Shown one piece after another: positions 1-10,780 of a stretch of DNA of 64,000 bases. A program made the translations under genes and the position numbers. How positions within the stretch are numbered: position 1 is the first letter of the stretch; every line of letters starts with the position of its first letter. The notes below the pieces were generated by a model that was given only the letters and a program-made list of their open reading frames with translations, was not told the DNA's origin and searched no databases. This DNA comes from Nemertoderma westbladi (taxonomy: Eukaryota > Animalia > Xenacoelomorpha). The DNA lies in contig JAUCBJ010006059.1 in NCBI GenBank assembly GCA_032718475.1, positions 1 to 64,000 of the forward strand, in the 5' to 3' direction.

Positions 1-194
1 TTAAAGATAAGTTATTTTCGGTAAAATAAACTTATCATTCGAGGCTAAGACCCCAAGATCCCTTCCTATAATAAATGTATAATAACAAACACCTCGAAAA
101 ATACAGCTTGCCAACACATTGTTACTATCAATAATAAAAAATCAGGGGCTAATAAAATGGCAGCTGGCTTTGAAATTAATACTCCATATCTCAA

Positions 195-257
195 GAACCT
201 GTGGCCTAGTGGTTGTAGTCTCGGCTTCCACCTCGAGGTCCCAGGTTCGAATCCGAC
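195..257 (+). promoter_or_regulatory. tRNA-derived Pol III internal promoter (A and B boxes), repeated in each 412-bp unit
   Basis: A box TGGCCTAGTGG at 202-212 and B box GGTTCGAATCC at 244-254 with tRNA-like spacing. Anticodon-like loop CTTCCAC. No acceptor stem, so not a functional tRNA. Units 2-4 read GGTTCGAATAC. Confidence 0.8.
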
Positions 258-300
258 ACCACGCTGATGAGACCCAGTAAGGTCGAAACGCGTACGTGGT
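258..300 (+). ncRNA. Type I hammerhead ribozyme, minimal form (copy 1)
   Basis: Stem I ACCACG/CGTGGT, core CTGATGA, stem II GACC-cagtaa-GGTC, GAAA, palindromic stem III ACGCGT, cleavage triplet GTA (cut after 294). Confidence 0.92.
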
Positions 301-669
301 TTGGAGAGATATGAGATATTAATTTCAAGAAAAAATTACGCGATTCCTAAATTTGTACACTACCCGGTTAAAAAGTACGCATGTGATGGGATTAGTCCTA
401 CAATTGCGCCAATTAAAGATAAGTTATTTTCGGTAAAATAAACTTATCATTCGAGGCTAAGACCCCAAGATCCCTTCCTATAATAAATGTATAATAACAA
501 ACACCTCGAAAAATACAGCTTGCCAACACATTGTTACTATCAATAATAAAAAATCAGGGGCTAATAAAATGGCAGCTGGCTTTGAAATTAATACTCCATA
601 TCTCAAGAACCTGTGGCCTAGTGGTTGTAGTCTCGGCTTCCACCTCGAGGTCCCAGGTTCGAATACGAC

Positions 670-712
670 ACCACGCTGATGAGACCCAGTAAGGTCGAAA
701 CGCGTACGTGGT
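670..712 (+). ncRNA. Type I hammerhead ribozyme (copy 2)
   Basis: Same sequence as 258-300. Confidence 0.92.
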
Positions 713-1081
713 TTGGAGAGATATGAGATATTAATTTCAAGAAAAAATTACGCGATTCCTAAATTTGTACACTACCCGGTTAAAAAGTACGCATGTGATG
801 GGATTAGTCCTACAATTGCGCCAATTAAAGATAAATTATTTTCGGTAAAATAAACTTATCATTCGAGGCTAAGACCCCAAGATCCCTTCCTATAATAAAT
901 GTATAATAACAAACACCTCGAAAAATACAGCTTGCCAACACATTGTTACTATCAATAATAAAAAATCAGGGGCTAATAAAATGGCAGCTGGCTTTGAAAT
1001 TAATACTCCATATCTCAAGAACCTGTGGCCTAGTGGTTGTAGTCTCGGCTTCCACCTCGAGGTCCCAGGTTCGAATACGAC

Positions 1082-1124
1082 ACCACGCTGATGAGACCCA
1101 GTAAGGTCGAAACGCGTACGTGGT
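1082..1124 (+). ncRNA. Type I hammerhead ribozyme (copy 3)
   Basis: Same sequence as 258-300. Confidence 0.92.
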
Positions 1125-1499
1125 TTGGAGAGATATGAGATATTAATTTCAAGAAAAAATTACGCGATTCCTAAATTTGTACACTACCCGGTTAAAAAGT
1201 ACGCATGTGATGGGATTAGTCCTACAATTGCGCCAATTAAAGATAAGTTATTTTCGGTAAAATAAACTTATCATTCGAGGCTAAGACCCCAAGATCCCTT
1301 CCTATAATAAATGTATAATAACAAACACCTCGAAAAATACAGCTTGCCAACACATTGTTACTATCAATAATAAAAAATCAGGGGCTAATAAAATGGCAGC
1401 TGGCTTTGAAATTAATACTCCATATCTCAAGAACCTGTGGCCTAGTGGTTGTAGTCTCGGGCTCGGCTTCCACCTCGAGGTCCCAGGTTCGAATACGAC

Positions 1500-1542
1500 A
1501 CCACGCTGATGAGACCCAGTAAGGTCGAAACGCGTACGTGGT
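1500..1542 (+). ncRNA. Type I hammerhead ribozyme (copy 4)
   Basis: Same sequence as 258-300. Confidence 0.92.
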
Positions 1543-1783
1543 TTGGAGAGATATGAGATATTAATTTCAAGAAAAAATTACGCGATTCCTAAATTTGTAC
1601 ACTACCCGGTTAAAAAGTACGCATGTGATGGGATTAGTCCTACAATTGCGCCAATTAAAGATAAGTTATTTTCGGTAAAATAAACTTATCATTCGAGGCT
1701 AAGACCCCAAGATCCCTTCCTATAATAAATGTATAATAACAAACACCTCGAAAAATACAGCTTGCCAACACATTGTTACTATC

Positions 1784-2140
1784 CATGAAGATAAAATGTT
1801 GCAAATGCTAAGAGCTTATGGAAGGAATACCAGAAGTAATCGTTGTTGGGATTTACACAGAGGCTAAGATAATTTAACCACGTTGTGAAACACATTATTG
1901 CCAATATTATTCATAATTGTATAGGATTACGCAATGGTGGGCAGCTACAAATTTAGAAGATCTTTCACACTACAGAGGCCTAGAAGCAACAGATATCAGG
2001 CAACTACTGTACAGTCACAGACACCGAATTTGCTGATGACATTGCCCTGATTTATAATGCGCTAGCTTATGTACAATTGAACAAAGTGGACTGCTAAGGA
2101 GGTTGGATTGCATATAAATGCTACCAAAATCGACTTTCAA
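1784..2140 (+). pseudogene. Degenerate RTE-type LINE reverse transcriptase fragment
   Basis: Manual translation across frameshifts gives HEDKMLQMLRAYG/IPEVIV, TLLPILFIIV*DYAM, FTLQRPRSNRYQA, VTDTEFADDIALI and KEVGLHINATK: RT motifs in the expected order, including FADD. Confidence 0.8.
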
Positions 2141-4266
2141 TGTTAACTTTACCTCTATTGATAATAATCCACTTAGTGAAGTTGACGTCCACCAGTAGGC
2201 CTTCGCCTCTACCTTGGATCGTGGATAAAAACCCAGCATAACGGCTGCAAATTAAACCTCCTTCGTCAACTAAAGACCAAGTTAGTTGGATTAAAATGTA
2301 CTTTATACGAGATTTAACTATATCACATTTTAACTAGAAACGCAAGGCAAGCGTTGCGGTAAGGAGCCCTTTTCACCGAGTTATGAAGACCCTGAAATTG
2401 GTACGGTTTTTTTGTATATGTTCAGTTTGTTTACCATCGATTGGATCAAAATTTCGGAGAGCTGGAGTAGAATTATTATAACCCGACATCGCGACATCTT
2501 TATTAGTATGTATGTGTGTGGGGGTGGATATGTTTGTGGTTCCACTATAACACTTCAGGATTACAGCCTATTCGAACGTCTCGCATTATATAAATAAACG
2601 TACGTGTAGCGTAGCGCAGCACGAGCGGCTGCTCACTCAACGGGTAACCCGAGTACTTGACTCGTGCAGCACGAATGCCCCACGAAAATTTTCAAAATAT
2701 TGGAACTTTTCCTCTAGTAGGTTCTTCCAAATTAGGTAAAAATTGAGTAAAGGCTTCAAAACGATTGAATTTTCTATTACAGTACAGACAGACGGACAGA
2801 CAAACAGTAGCAAGTTATGAGTAGATACAGTAAGTTTCCTTCTGTACTGTAGGCTGTTTCTTTCCATACATAATATCCACCCATACTAATTTTGTTTATA
2901 GGGGTCAAAAAGTATGTATATTATAATTATTTTATTTTTTGGGTGATGTTATATTTGTTTTGGTAACATTTATATTTTTTTGTACAGAATGTAAATTATT
3001 GGCTGCAAAATGGAAGTGTTTTGTTCCATAAACTATAATACTTTGAAAATACTGTAAAATACTATAGGTATATGTCATGCTTCATACAGTATGTTTAAAG
3101 GTCATATTATTCTATAATTTATTGGATTGCGTTTATATACTGTACAGTAGTACCACCAATCTGCTCTCGAAATACCTGTTTGAGTGGTGGCAAAGAATGT
3201 ATACTTTTTGTCGAGCGTTAGTTATAAGTAAGAAAAGCAAGACAAAAAAATGTTACTTTTTCCATATTTGCACAAAAATGATACTTTTTGCCTATTATGA
3301 TATTCTAATTAAAATATTCTAGAATATTAAATGACCTGTGGATACCGTTAGCGCTATCTATTTAAATGCAATATTATTATTTTTAATGTCATAGAAATTA
3401 CTTACTTAATTTAATTCGAACATTATTTTTTTGTTGACAAAAAGTGTTCATTTTTTGTCAAACTTGTTAACGAAATTGACAAAAAAAGTGAAAAATGTTT
3501 TTGTTTTCTTTAAAAGAATTGTTACATTATATTTTATAGTTCCATCTAAAAGAGCATTATTGTAGGCCTAATTATAATCATTATGTAGCTCTGACGACTG
3601 CCATGAGACTACAGGACTACACGACTAGCCCAGGCAGCACAGTGCAGCAGTGCTGCAGTGTGACAGATTGCGATTGCAGATGCAGTTGGATACTGGGATA
3701 GGCTACCGTAGATGAGTAGGTAGGCCATATTGCTGTACTGCCATAATAGGCCTACTGATACTGACTGAGTGATCAATACAGATAAAGGTTGGATTACAGG
3801 ATTACCATATGATTAAAAAAATATACTGTTGTTACAGTGTTTGTTAGGGCCCTATCAGCCTATACTGCTATAGACAATGTTATCAAAGGATTTAGTTATA
3901 GTTCATATGCGTACCTCTTTGCTGTCTGGTATTTTCGTATTGGAAAAATAAGACTATAAGTATGAAATACCCTATGTTATTGAGATATTGTTTATTGTTT
4001 TGGTTAGAAAAGCCCACCACTGTAACCTGCTCCTTTCAGCCTTTCCGTTAATTAAGTTAATGGAGATTAGTTTATTGTTTTGGTTAGAAAACACCACCAC
4101 TGTAACCTGCTTCTTTTGCCAGAGGTACGCATATGAACGATAACCGAGGCATTCGTGTGCCCGGGGGCTAGAGTGGATTTTTCGCCCCCACCCCGCAGAA
4201 AAAATTTTCAAACTGTTAAATTTTGCCTTGGTCTGTTGGTTTAAAGCTATAGGGCTGTAGGGCCTA

Positions 4267-4784
4267 CAGTCGGGTGAAGTTCAAATTTCAACTGAGTTGA
4301 AATTTAAAACTTTTTTTTTTTAATTCAACTTTTAAAGTTGTAAATTCAACTCTAAAATGGCAGGAGGCGCAGAAGGCCCCCAAGACGTGACAGGAGGGGT
4401 GTTTTCATTGTTTTTATGGATGTAACTCGAAAAATTAACCCTCATTACCGATGGAATAAAAACTTTAGCTGTCGGGATCTCTCGGGAACACTTTTTTTTA
4501 AAACATTGTAAGTGATTACATTTGCAAATTAGCTGAAATACTACGGGAATTTATAAGATGTATTTAATTACCGCTGAATGTCATAATTATTATACAATCG
4601 AATGCCAGTAATGGATTCCAATTCCATATTTCAGTATTTCAAAAGCTACTCCAAAAGTTGAATTTTAAAAAAAAGTTGAATTTTAAACTCTACTCCAAAA
4701 GTTGAATTTTAATAAAAAGTTTGAATTTTAAAAAATAAAGTTGAAATTTCAACTCAGTTGAAAAATATAACTTCTCCCCGACTG
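4267..4784. mobile_element. MITE with CAGTCGGG termini and a 5-bp direct repeat
   Basis: TIRs CAGTCGGGTGAAGTT...TTCAACTGAGTTGAAATTT and AAATTTCAACTCAGTTGAA...AACTTCTCCCCGACTG. GCCTA flanks both ends (4262-4266, 4785-4789). Confidence 0.75.
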
Positions 4785-5299
4785 GCCTAGGGCAGTCCAC
4801 TGTAGGGGTTTTCAAGGCCGCTGACAGGCTGATCACAATACATTCCCCCGATACAACTCGTTAAAATAATTTATGGTAACGTAACTATCATTTTTGCTGC
4901 TTGTCCAGTTGTCTGACTGTCTGATGGGACGAAAAAAACAAGTAGCGTAAAATTTGAAACGGCAAAAAACGAATTTGGTTGTTTAATACGATATGCACTA
5001 CTATATTTTAGTGTCATAATCGAGATCAGAATCCCAGAAAACCCCTAATGTCATAAAATCACTGAATCAGGTTGATTTGGATTCTTCATTATGAAATTTG
5101 TGCTACGTGTATTTTTTGTGCCACATACCGGTATTAATTATTAACTCGTAGGCCTATCCCTGTGCCTGTAGGCCTATCCGAAAAAGCCGTAATCAATCAG
5201 TCAATAAGGTACAATATTATTCAGTGTCATATTCGTATATTACAGTATTAATGTCATAAAATCGGACCAAGTACCCAATCCAAAAGAAATTGAAGGGAA

Positions 5300-6750
5300 G
5301 GATTCTTAATTCCAGCTTTCCAATCCACAAAATGTTTGACAGTTATATCTTGGTACCTGATGCCTCTGGTCACACTCTCTATTATGAACAAGCGCATCGC
5401 CTATTTTATACAGGCTTCTAATACCACGTCAAAAGATTCATTGATTTTATGGTGATCGCCAGTGCTATAAAATTCCAGCAATGCTTTATCTGAGGTGTAA
5501 TGTGCAATTTCTGTTGCAAAGACCTTCATGAAGGGAATCCAAAGGATTTTTGTCAGTTGTTTTAAGTAACATATTGTGGTGCTGGTGGTAGTGTCCCAGA
5601 CATAATGCTCTTTATCATTTTCAATAGTTTGCTTAGCATATTTGTATGGTACACCATCTAGAACCAGAATTAACCATTGTCGATCCCCCATGTTGAAATC
5701 CTTAACAATTCTATGAAGCAGTTCTTTTACTGCATCATAGGAACCTGGATCACCTGGATATGGGTCATGAATTCTAAATTCTGAGTCCGTACCAATAACT
5801 ACAGAATCACCAGAAATTAATGGATATGTTTCTTTAAATCCACTCCTTCGCTTTTCCACTTGTACCGGTGCTTGGTTGCAGGTTTATTAAAGCACTATCA
5901 TGTATCCCTAAATTCTGAGTCCGTATCAATCAATAACTACAGAGTCACCAGAAATTAATGGATATGTTTCTTTAAAAACCACTCCTTTGCTTTTCCACTT
6001 GTACCGGTGCTTGGTTGCAGGTTTATTAAAGCACTAACTTCATCCATTTCTCCATTCAGTTCATTTTTCATTTCACCAAGAAGAGTTGAGAGATATTGAT
6101 ACCTTGGTCCTTTACTGTACTCATCATACATTTTGTACATTTCTGACAAAAGACAACGTTTCTGGTCTTCCGTAATATTAATAAATTGTAGTTTATGAAA
6201 TTGAATAGGATCGAGAGCTTTGAACATCATACTTGCTAGGCCTACTGAAGTAGTTTTTGAGATAGGAACACCTCTAAATATAATATGATAAGTTTTCATG
6301 TAGTGCTGATTGTTATCTGCAACGACATGTAAGTCATTTTCCATTGTGGAATAGGGTACTGGTTTAGCATTTTCTTTGATATATTGTTGCAGTGCCCACC
6401 AACTTCCTAAAGGAGAACCCCCACTAACAATATATGCCGCTGTTTTACTTCCAGTTACTAAGTACGTCATGAACATCTGTTTAAAAGATAGGGGGCCAAT
6501 AAATAAATAAAGGGGGCTATTGTCATTATCAAGGTTAAACTATATAGTATCACAATCTTCATATTTTCGGTTTTGATTGGTTAGCAGTTAGTGCAGTATT
6601 ATAGCAACGACTGCACATATATTTTCCTCTTGATACATCATTAGCATCTTGTAGGCTTTTTATCACACTTATTTGCTTGCCTTCAATCTTCAAAAATTTA
6701 CATTTATTTGCATCAGCACATTGACATCTAAACATCGCACATTTCTTCAT
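5300..6750 (-). pseudogene. Disrupted transposase-like coding region, family unresolved
   Basis: Three collinear minus-strand ORFs (6559-6750 Cys-rich, YMCSRCYN; 5955-6476; 5401-5859 with DP..SYDAVKELL..R.W..LVLDGVPY and GDHH), broken by frameshifts and an internal ~125-bp tandem duplication (5774-5896 / 5908-6036). Confidence 0.45.
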
Positions 6751-8354
6751 CTAAGAACTTGTAGAGAGCGACATTTCACTTTTTAAATGTAATAAAATAC
6801 TAAGAAATTGCAAAATGATGTTTTAAAACAATGCAGTAAATAAGTTAGTGTTATTGCTGTACTCGTGTACTGTACTGTACTGATAAGTGATGTACTACTG
6901 TACTATAGTAGTACTGTCAGACTGTCGTTTAGTCTATATAATGTACAATGCAATTTACAGTAATTATCGGATCCTACATTCTTAAATAAATCCTCTTAAA
7001 ATGAACTGGCAAGTCACCATTTTCTTAATTAAGAAAAATCAAGACATAAAATATTTAAATAAGTAATAAGGTAAACTCCTAAATAGGAAGTGGAAGTCCA
7101 AAAAATATTTCCTATATAAGAAATTCTCGGAAAAAGTAACGTTTTTAAAATGGCTATAGAAAGCGAACGCACAGTTTTTTTTCTAGTTTTCACAACAAAC
7201 GTAGTAATAGATTATCCTCCAATAACCAGGAATTCAAATATGCACTAAAATTTATTTCAAAAGATAACGAAGAAAATGTTCCGAAAAACGGCCAAAACTT
7301 CCTATATATATAGGAAGCAATATTTCCTATATCTGTATATAGGAATACAAAAAAACTTCATATTTAAGAAACCTACCCTAACTGTCGTGATCAGCATCCT
7401 AAAAACACACAGTGCCGGATTAACCTTAAGGCATATAAGGCACGTGCCTTAGGGCCAGCTGAAAATTCGGGCCATTTTTTCTCAGCAAGTCATTCTTGTG
7501 AAAAAAATATTTTTATCTGAAAAGTCCCCATTTTTTCTCACCAAAATTGATAGAAAACAGAGCAAGAAAGTGCATCTTTCGACTACTTTCTATCCCTAAA
7601 TTTCTGATAAAATGTGCACAATTCTAGCTCAGTCGACCGACAGGTGCTGTGTTATTAGTTCGAGACCTGATGGCAGGGAAATAATAAAACATGGGCAGGA
7701 AAACTTTAAAGTGCTAATTATGAACAATGGAGAATTTTATTTTATTTATTTGTGAGGAATTATTTGTAGTTATGCACTGAAACGTTCTAGAACAACCTAA
7801 TAATGACGCGGTGACATACTGGAATACTGTACATAGTAAATGTATGGCGTGGAGATATGGTAGTGCGAAATTAATTTTTTTTACCGGAAACGAGTTTTAT
7901 AAATATAGGTAAAATAATAAATTAATATAATAGATAAAAAAAGGATAAATTAATTGTAGATAAAATAGTTGTTGATAAAAAAAAACGTGTCAGAAATAAC
8001 TTCTTGACACTAATTTAATTTAACCGAAATTGAGATGTTCTGCCCTCGTGTATTGAATTTTGCATTCGATGGCCTTTCCTGCAAAACCTAAAAGCATAAT
8101 TGGGCAGCATAATTGAATTTGGTAAATTAAAATTAAACTGTTTTCTATCGGAGAACATTTTTTTCTCAGCAAGTCCAAATCTAGATAAAAAATATTATAT
8201 CTTTGCACAAAGCCCACAGTTTTGGTGTGTTATATTTCTCAGCAAGTCCTGTAAAGATAAGTACCGTGCAAAACCTACCCTACAGCAAATAAATACCACA
8301 TTCCCACGATCTGATCAAAATTGATAAATGCCTACAGGAGCCAGTCAGCCTTAA

Positions 8355-10177
8355 GGGGGCCAACTATAACCACCACTGAAATGAAATTTTCGAAAATTTG
8401 CACAATTTTTTGTAGTTTGATAAAAGGGCTTTCATAAGGTGATATCGGTTTTCAACATTGAATTATTTTTTGACATCAAAACTGCTCTTTTCAACAACAT
8501 AATATATTGCTGATATTTATGATTCTCTGTATAAAACAACCTTTTTATCAGTTTGTCGATTTTTACTTTTTTCATCACTAAATTCTACTACTATTTTATT
8601 TTTTCTCAATTGCCATCAAACATATACCAAAATGTTCAGCAGCTTTAGGACTACTATCGTTATTTTGTAAAACATGGCCATTTGGATCTTCTAGAGCCGA
8701 TTTTGTAACAATTTTTTTGCATCTAGCTAAATTTGAAAAAACCGACCTGCTCAAAAAGTGCCATATTTTTCGAACAAACAGTTTATGAAGCTATCTATAC
8801 TCCGTTTACATACTGTAGTATATAAAAGATCACAGATCATTGTGTTAAAATTTCAGAATAGTAGCTTTATCCACGAAGCTAAGGAAAATCAACTACTTTC
8901 GCTAAGAAAGATTTTCCTTAGCTGAGATGGTCTATTCATAGTGGGCTATTTTACTTGTGTGAGGCAGATTTGGGGTTTTTTGATAGGCGAAAAAACTAGC
9001 CTTTAAAAGTACCCTGAAATTTTGCATGTATATACTACTCGACGAGGCGCATCTTTTGGGCCGGGTCTCATATCCAGGAAAAATCTGGTTTCCATGGCAA
9101 CGGACTTCAAAAAAAGTCTATGTATTTCAAGTCAATATTTATAACTCTATTTGTAGGAAAACTATAATAGATATAAACTTGGGGTTTCGCAACACAACTA
9201 TAAGGTCCATAGCAGATCCGATTGAGGCTAAATAGAAAATCCAGTTACCTTGGCAACCGGGATAAACAGATGTTAAAATTTATAAAATGTTAATTTGAAG
9301 CCTAAGGGCAAGGTGTTATGACTTGGGACCAACCCCTACCCCCACTATATAACTTATTCTGCATCCGAATTACATTGTTCTATTTTTCAGTTACCATGAC
9401 AACCGCTGAAAACAGATGTTTTTATTCAAAACTTATTCATTTGGACATAGACTTCACGATAAAATTTTACAAAACTGGGTATGTGTTATCTGGACCACTA
9501 GTTGGAACTTTTAGTGAAACTCAAAACATTCCAGAAATATCTAGTTACCGTGGTAACTGGAGTTTATTACAGATTATATCATTCAAGTCTATATTCATAA
9601 CTCTATTTGTAGAAAAACCGCAATAGATATAAACTTGGGGTTTCTCAACTCAACTATAAGGTTCATATCCAAGCCGTTCGAGGTTAATTAGAAATTCCAG
9701 TCACCATAGCAACAAGACTAAACAGATATTAAAATTTATAAAATGATAATTTGAAGCACAAGTTAATAGTATTATGACTTGGGACCAACACCTACCCCCA
9801 CTATATGACTTATTCTGCATCCGAATTACATTGTTCTATTTTTCAGTTTCCATGACAACCACTACAAACAGATGCATTTTGATAGAAAATCGGTAATTTG
9901 GACATAAACTACAATATTTTCTAAAACTCAGTACATGTGTTATCTGAACCACAATCTGTACTGAATTTTTTTTCAAAGGTTAAAGCAACAGTTCCAGCGA
10001 ACTCTAGTTTCCATGGGAATAGAAGTTAATTATTGACAATTGCTACTAAACGAGGCTAAGCAAGCAACGAACCAAAGTGTGGCCGTTTGTTTAATTTTCC
10101 TTAGCTTCGTGGTTGCATTTCCTTTAGGAAATGCCTTTCTCGTAAATAGAACAAACAGCTTTGGGGTAATGGTCCCA
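8355..10177. mobile_element. Possible Kolobok-like non-autonomous element nested in the hAT element
   Basis: TTAA|GGGGGCCAA...TGGTCCCA|TTAA: TTAA flanks with short imperfect TIRs. Confidence 0.45.
8918..10093 (+). mobile_element. HINE/Helentron-like non-autonomous element with internal ~152-bp monomers (456-bp trimeric higher-order repeat)
   Basis: 9088-9543 is repeated at 9544-~10000. Seven GTTNCCATGRCAAC-like cores at 146-161 bp spacing. T-rich ends. Boundaries approximate. Confidence 0.55.
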
Positions 10178-10780
10178 TTAATATATTAAAAATTAAAGCT
10201 TGAGAAGTTCTACCAAAACCATTACACTTTTTATAGCAAAGGTTTTATAGGCATAATATGCCGTAATGTTACAATTCTTAATGAAAACTAATTTTGCAAA
10301 GTAGGCCTACTTATTATTAAAGTACTTACTACTTATTTGCACCCAGTATCCAACGAAAATACTTTATATTTCCTTCGCAACATTTTCACAATTTCAGTTG
10401 TTTTTAGCAGATTTTTCTTTTGGAAGGGATTGCGGTAAAATATCAATTTTCGGGCCATTTTTGGAAATTACTAAAATGTGCCTTAGGGCCACCCGAGGCT
10501 TAATCCGGCACTGAAAACACATGGTCATAAAATCAATTTGAATTCGTGTGATTTTTCATTTATCTTATTTCCACTACCGGTACTTGTTTTTAATGCCCCA
10601 GGGCCCCGCACTTTTAATATTACCAATAATTTTCTCAAATGTTTTATTTGAGTTCTATAATTGTGATCAGCATCCAAAAACCGATATATATATACCGCAA
10701 ATAAATTAATTTTAGTGAACTATCAAAACTTTGGAAAATTTTTGCACAAAAAATACTAGAGATGTGTGTCAGAATGAGAC

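Larger units (their letters stand above)
1..1783 (+). repeat. 412-bp tandem array (>=4.3 units, cut by the window start); retrozyme-like unit with tRNA-derived head and hammerhead ribozyme
   Basis: Unit starts TTAAAGATAA at 1, 413, 825, 1237 and 1655 (unit 4 has a 6-bp duplication, GCTCGG). Units are nearly identical. The array stops at ...GTTACTATC 1783. Confidence 0.95.
7410..10513. mobile_element. Non-autonomous hAT-type DNA transposon carrying nested elements
   Basis: TIR CAGTGCCGGATTAA...TTAATCCGGCACTG. Perfect 8-bp TSD AAAACACA (7402-7409, 10514-10521). Subterminal GTGCCTTAGGGCC near both ends. Confidence 0.85.

Noticed and set aside
195-265. Functional tRNA-Gly(TCC) gene in each 412-bp unit
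   Set aside because: The acceptor stem does not pair, the T-stem is imperfect and the 3' side runs into the hammerhead. Treated as a SINE-type promoter.
157-267. 36-codon ORF (MAAGFEINTPYLKNLWPSG...) in each 412-bp unit
   Set aside because: Short, no recognisable motif, and it overlaps elements better explained as RNA structure and promoter.
3990-4115. Repeated TTTATTGTTTTGGTTAGAAAA...CTGTAACCTGCT motif (also ~20385, ~43755, ~46060, ~50540) as an ncRNA
   Set aside because: Dispersed in both orientations with variable truncation and no recognisable RNA family. Most likely a TE fragment whose boundaries I could not define.
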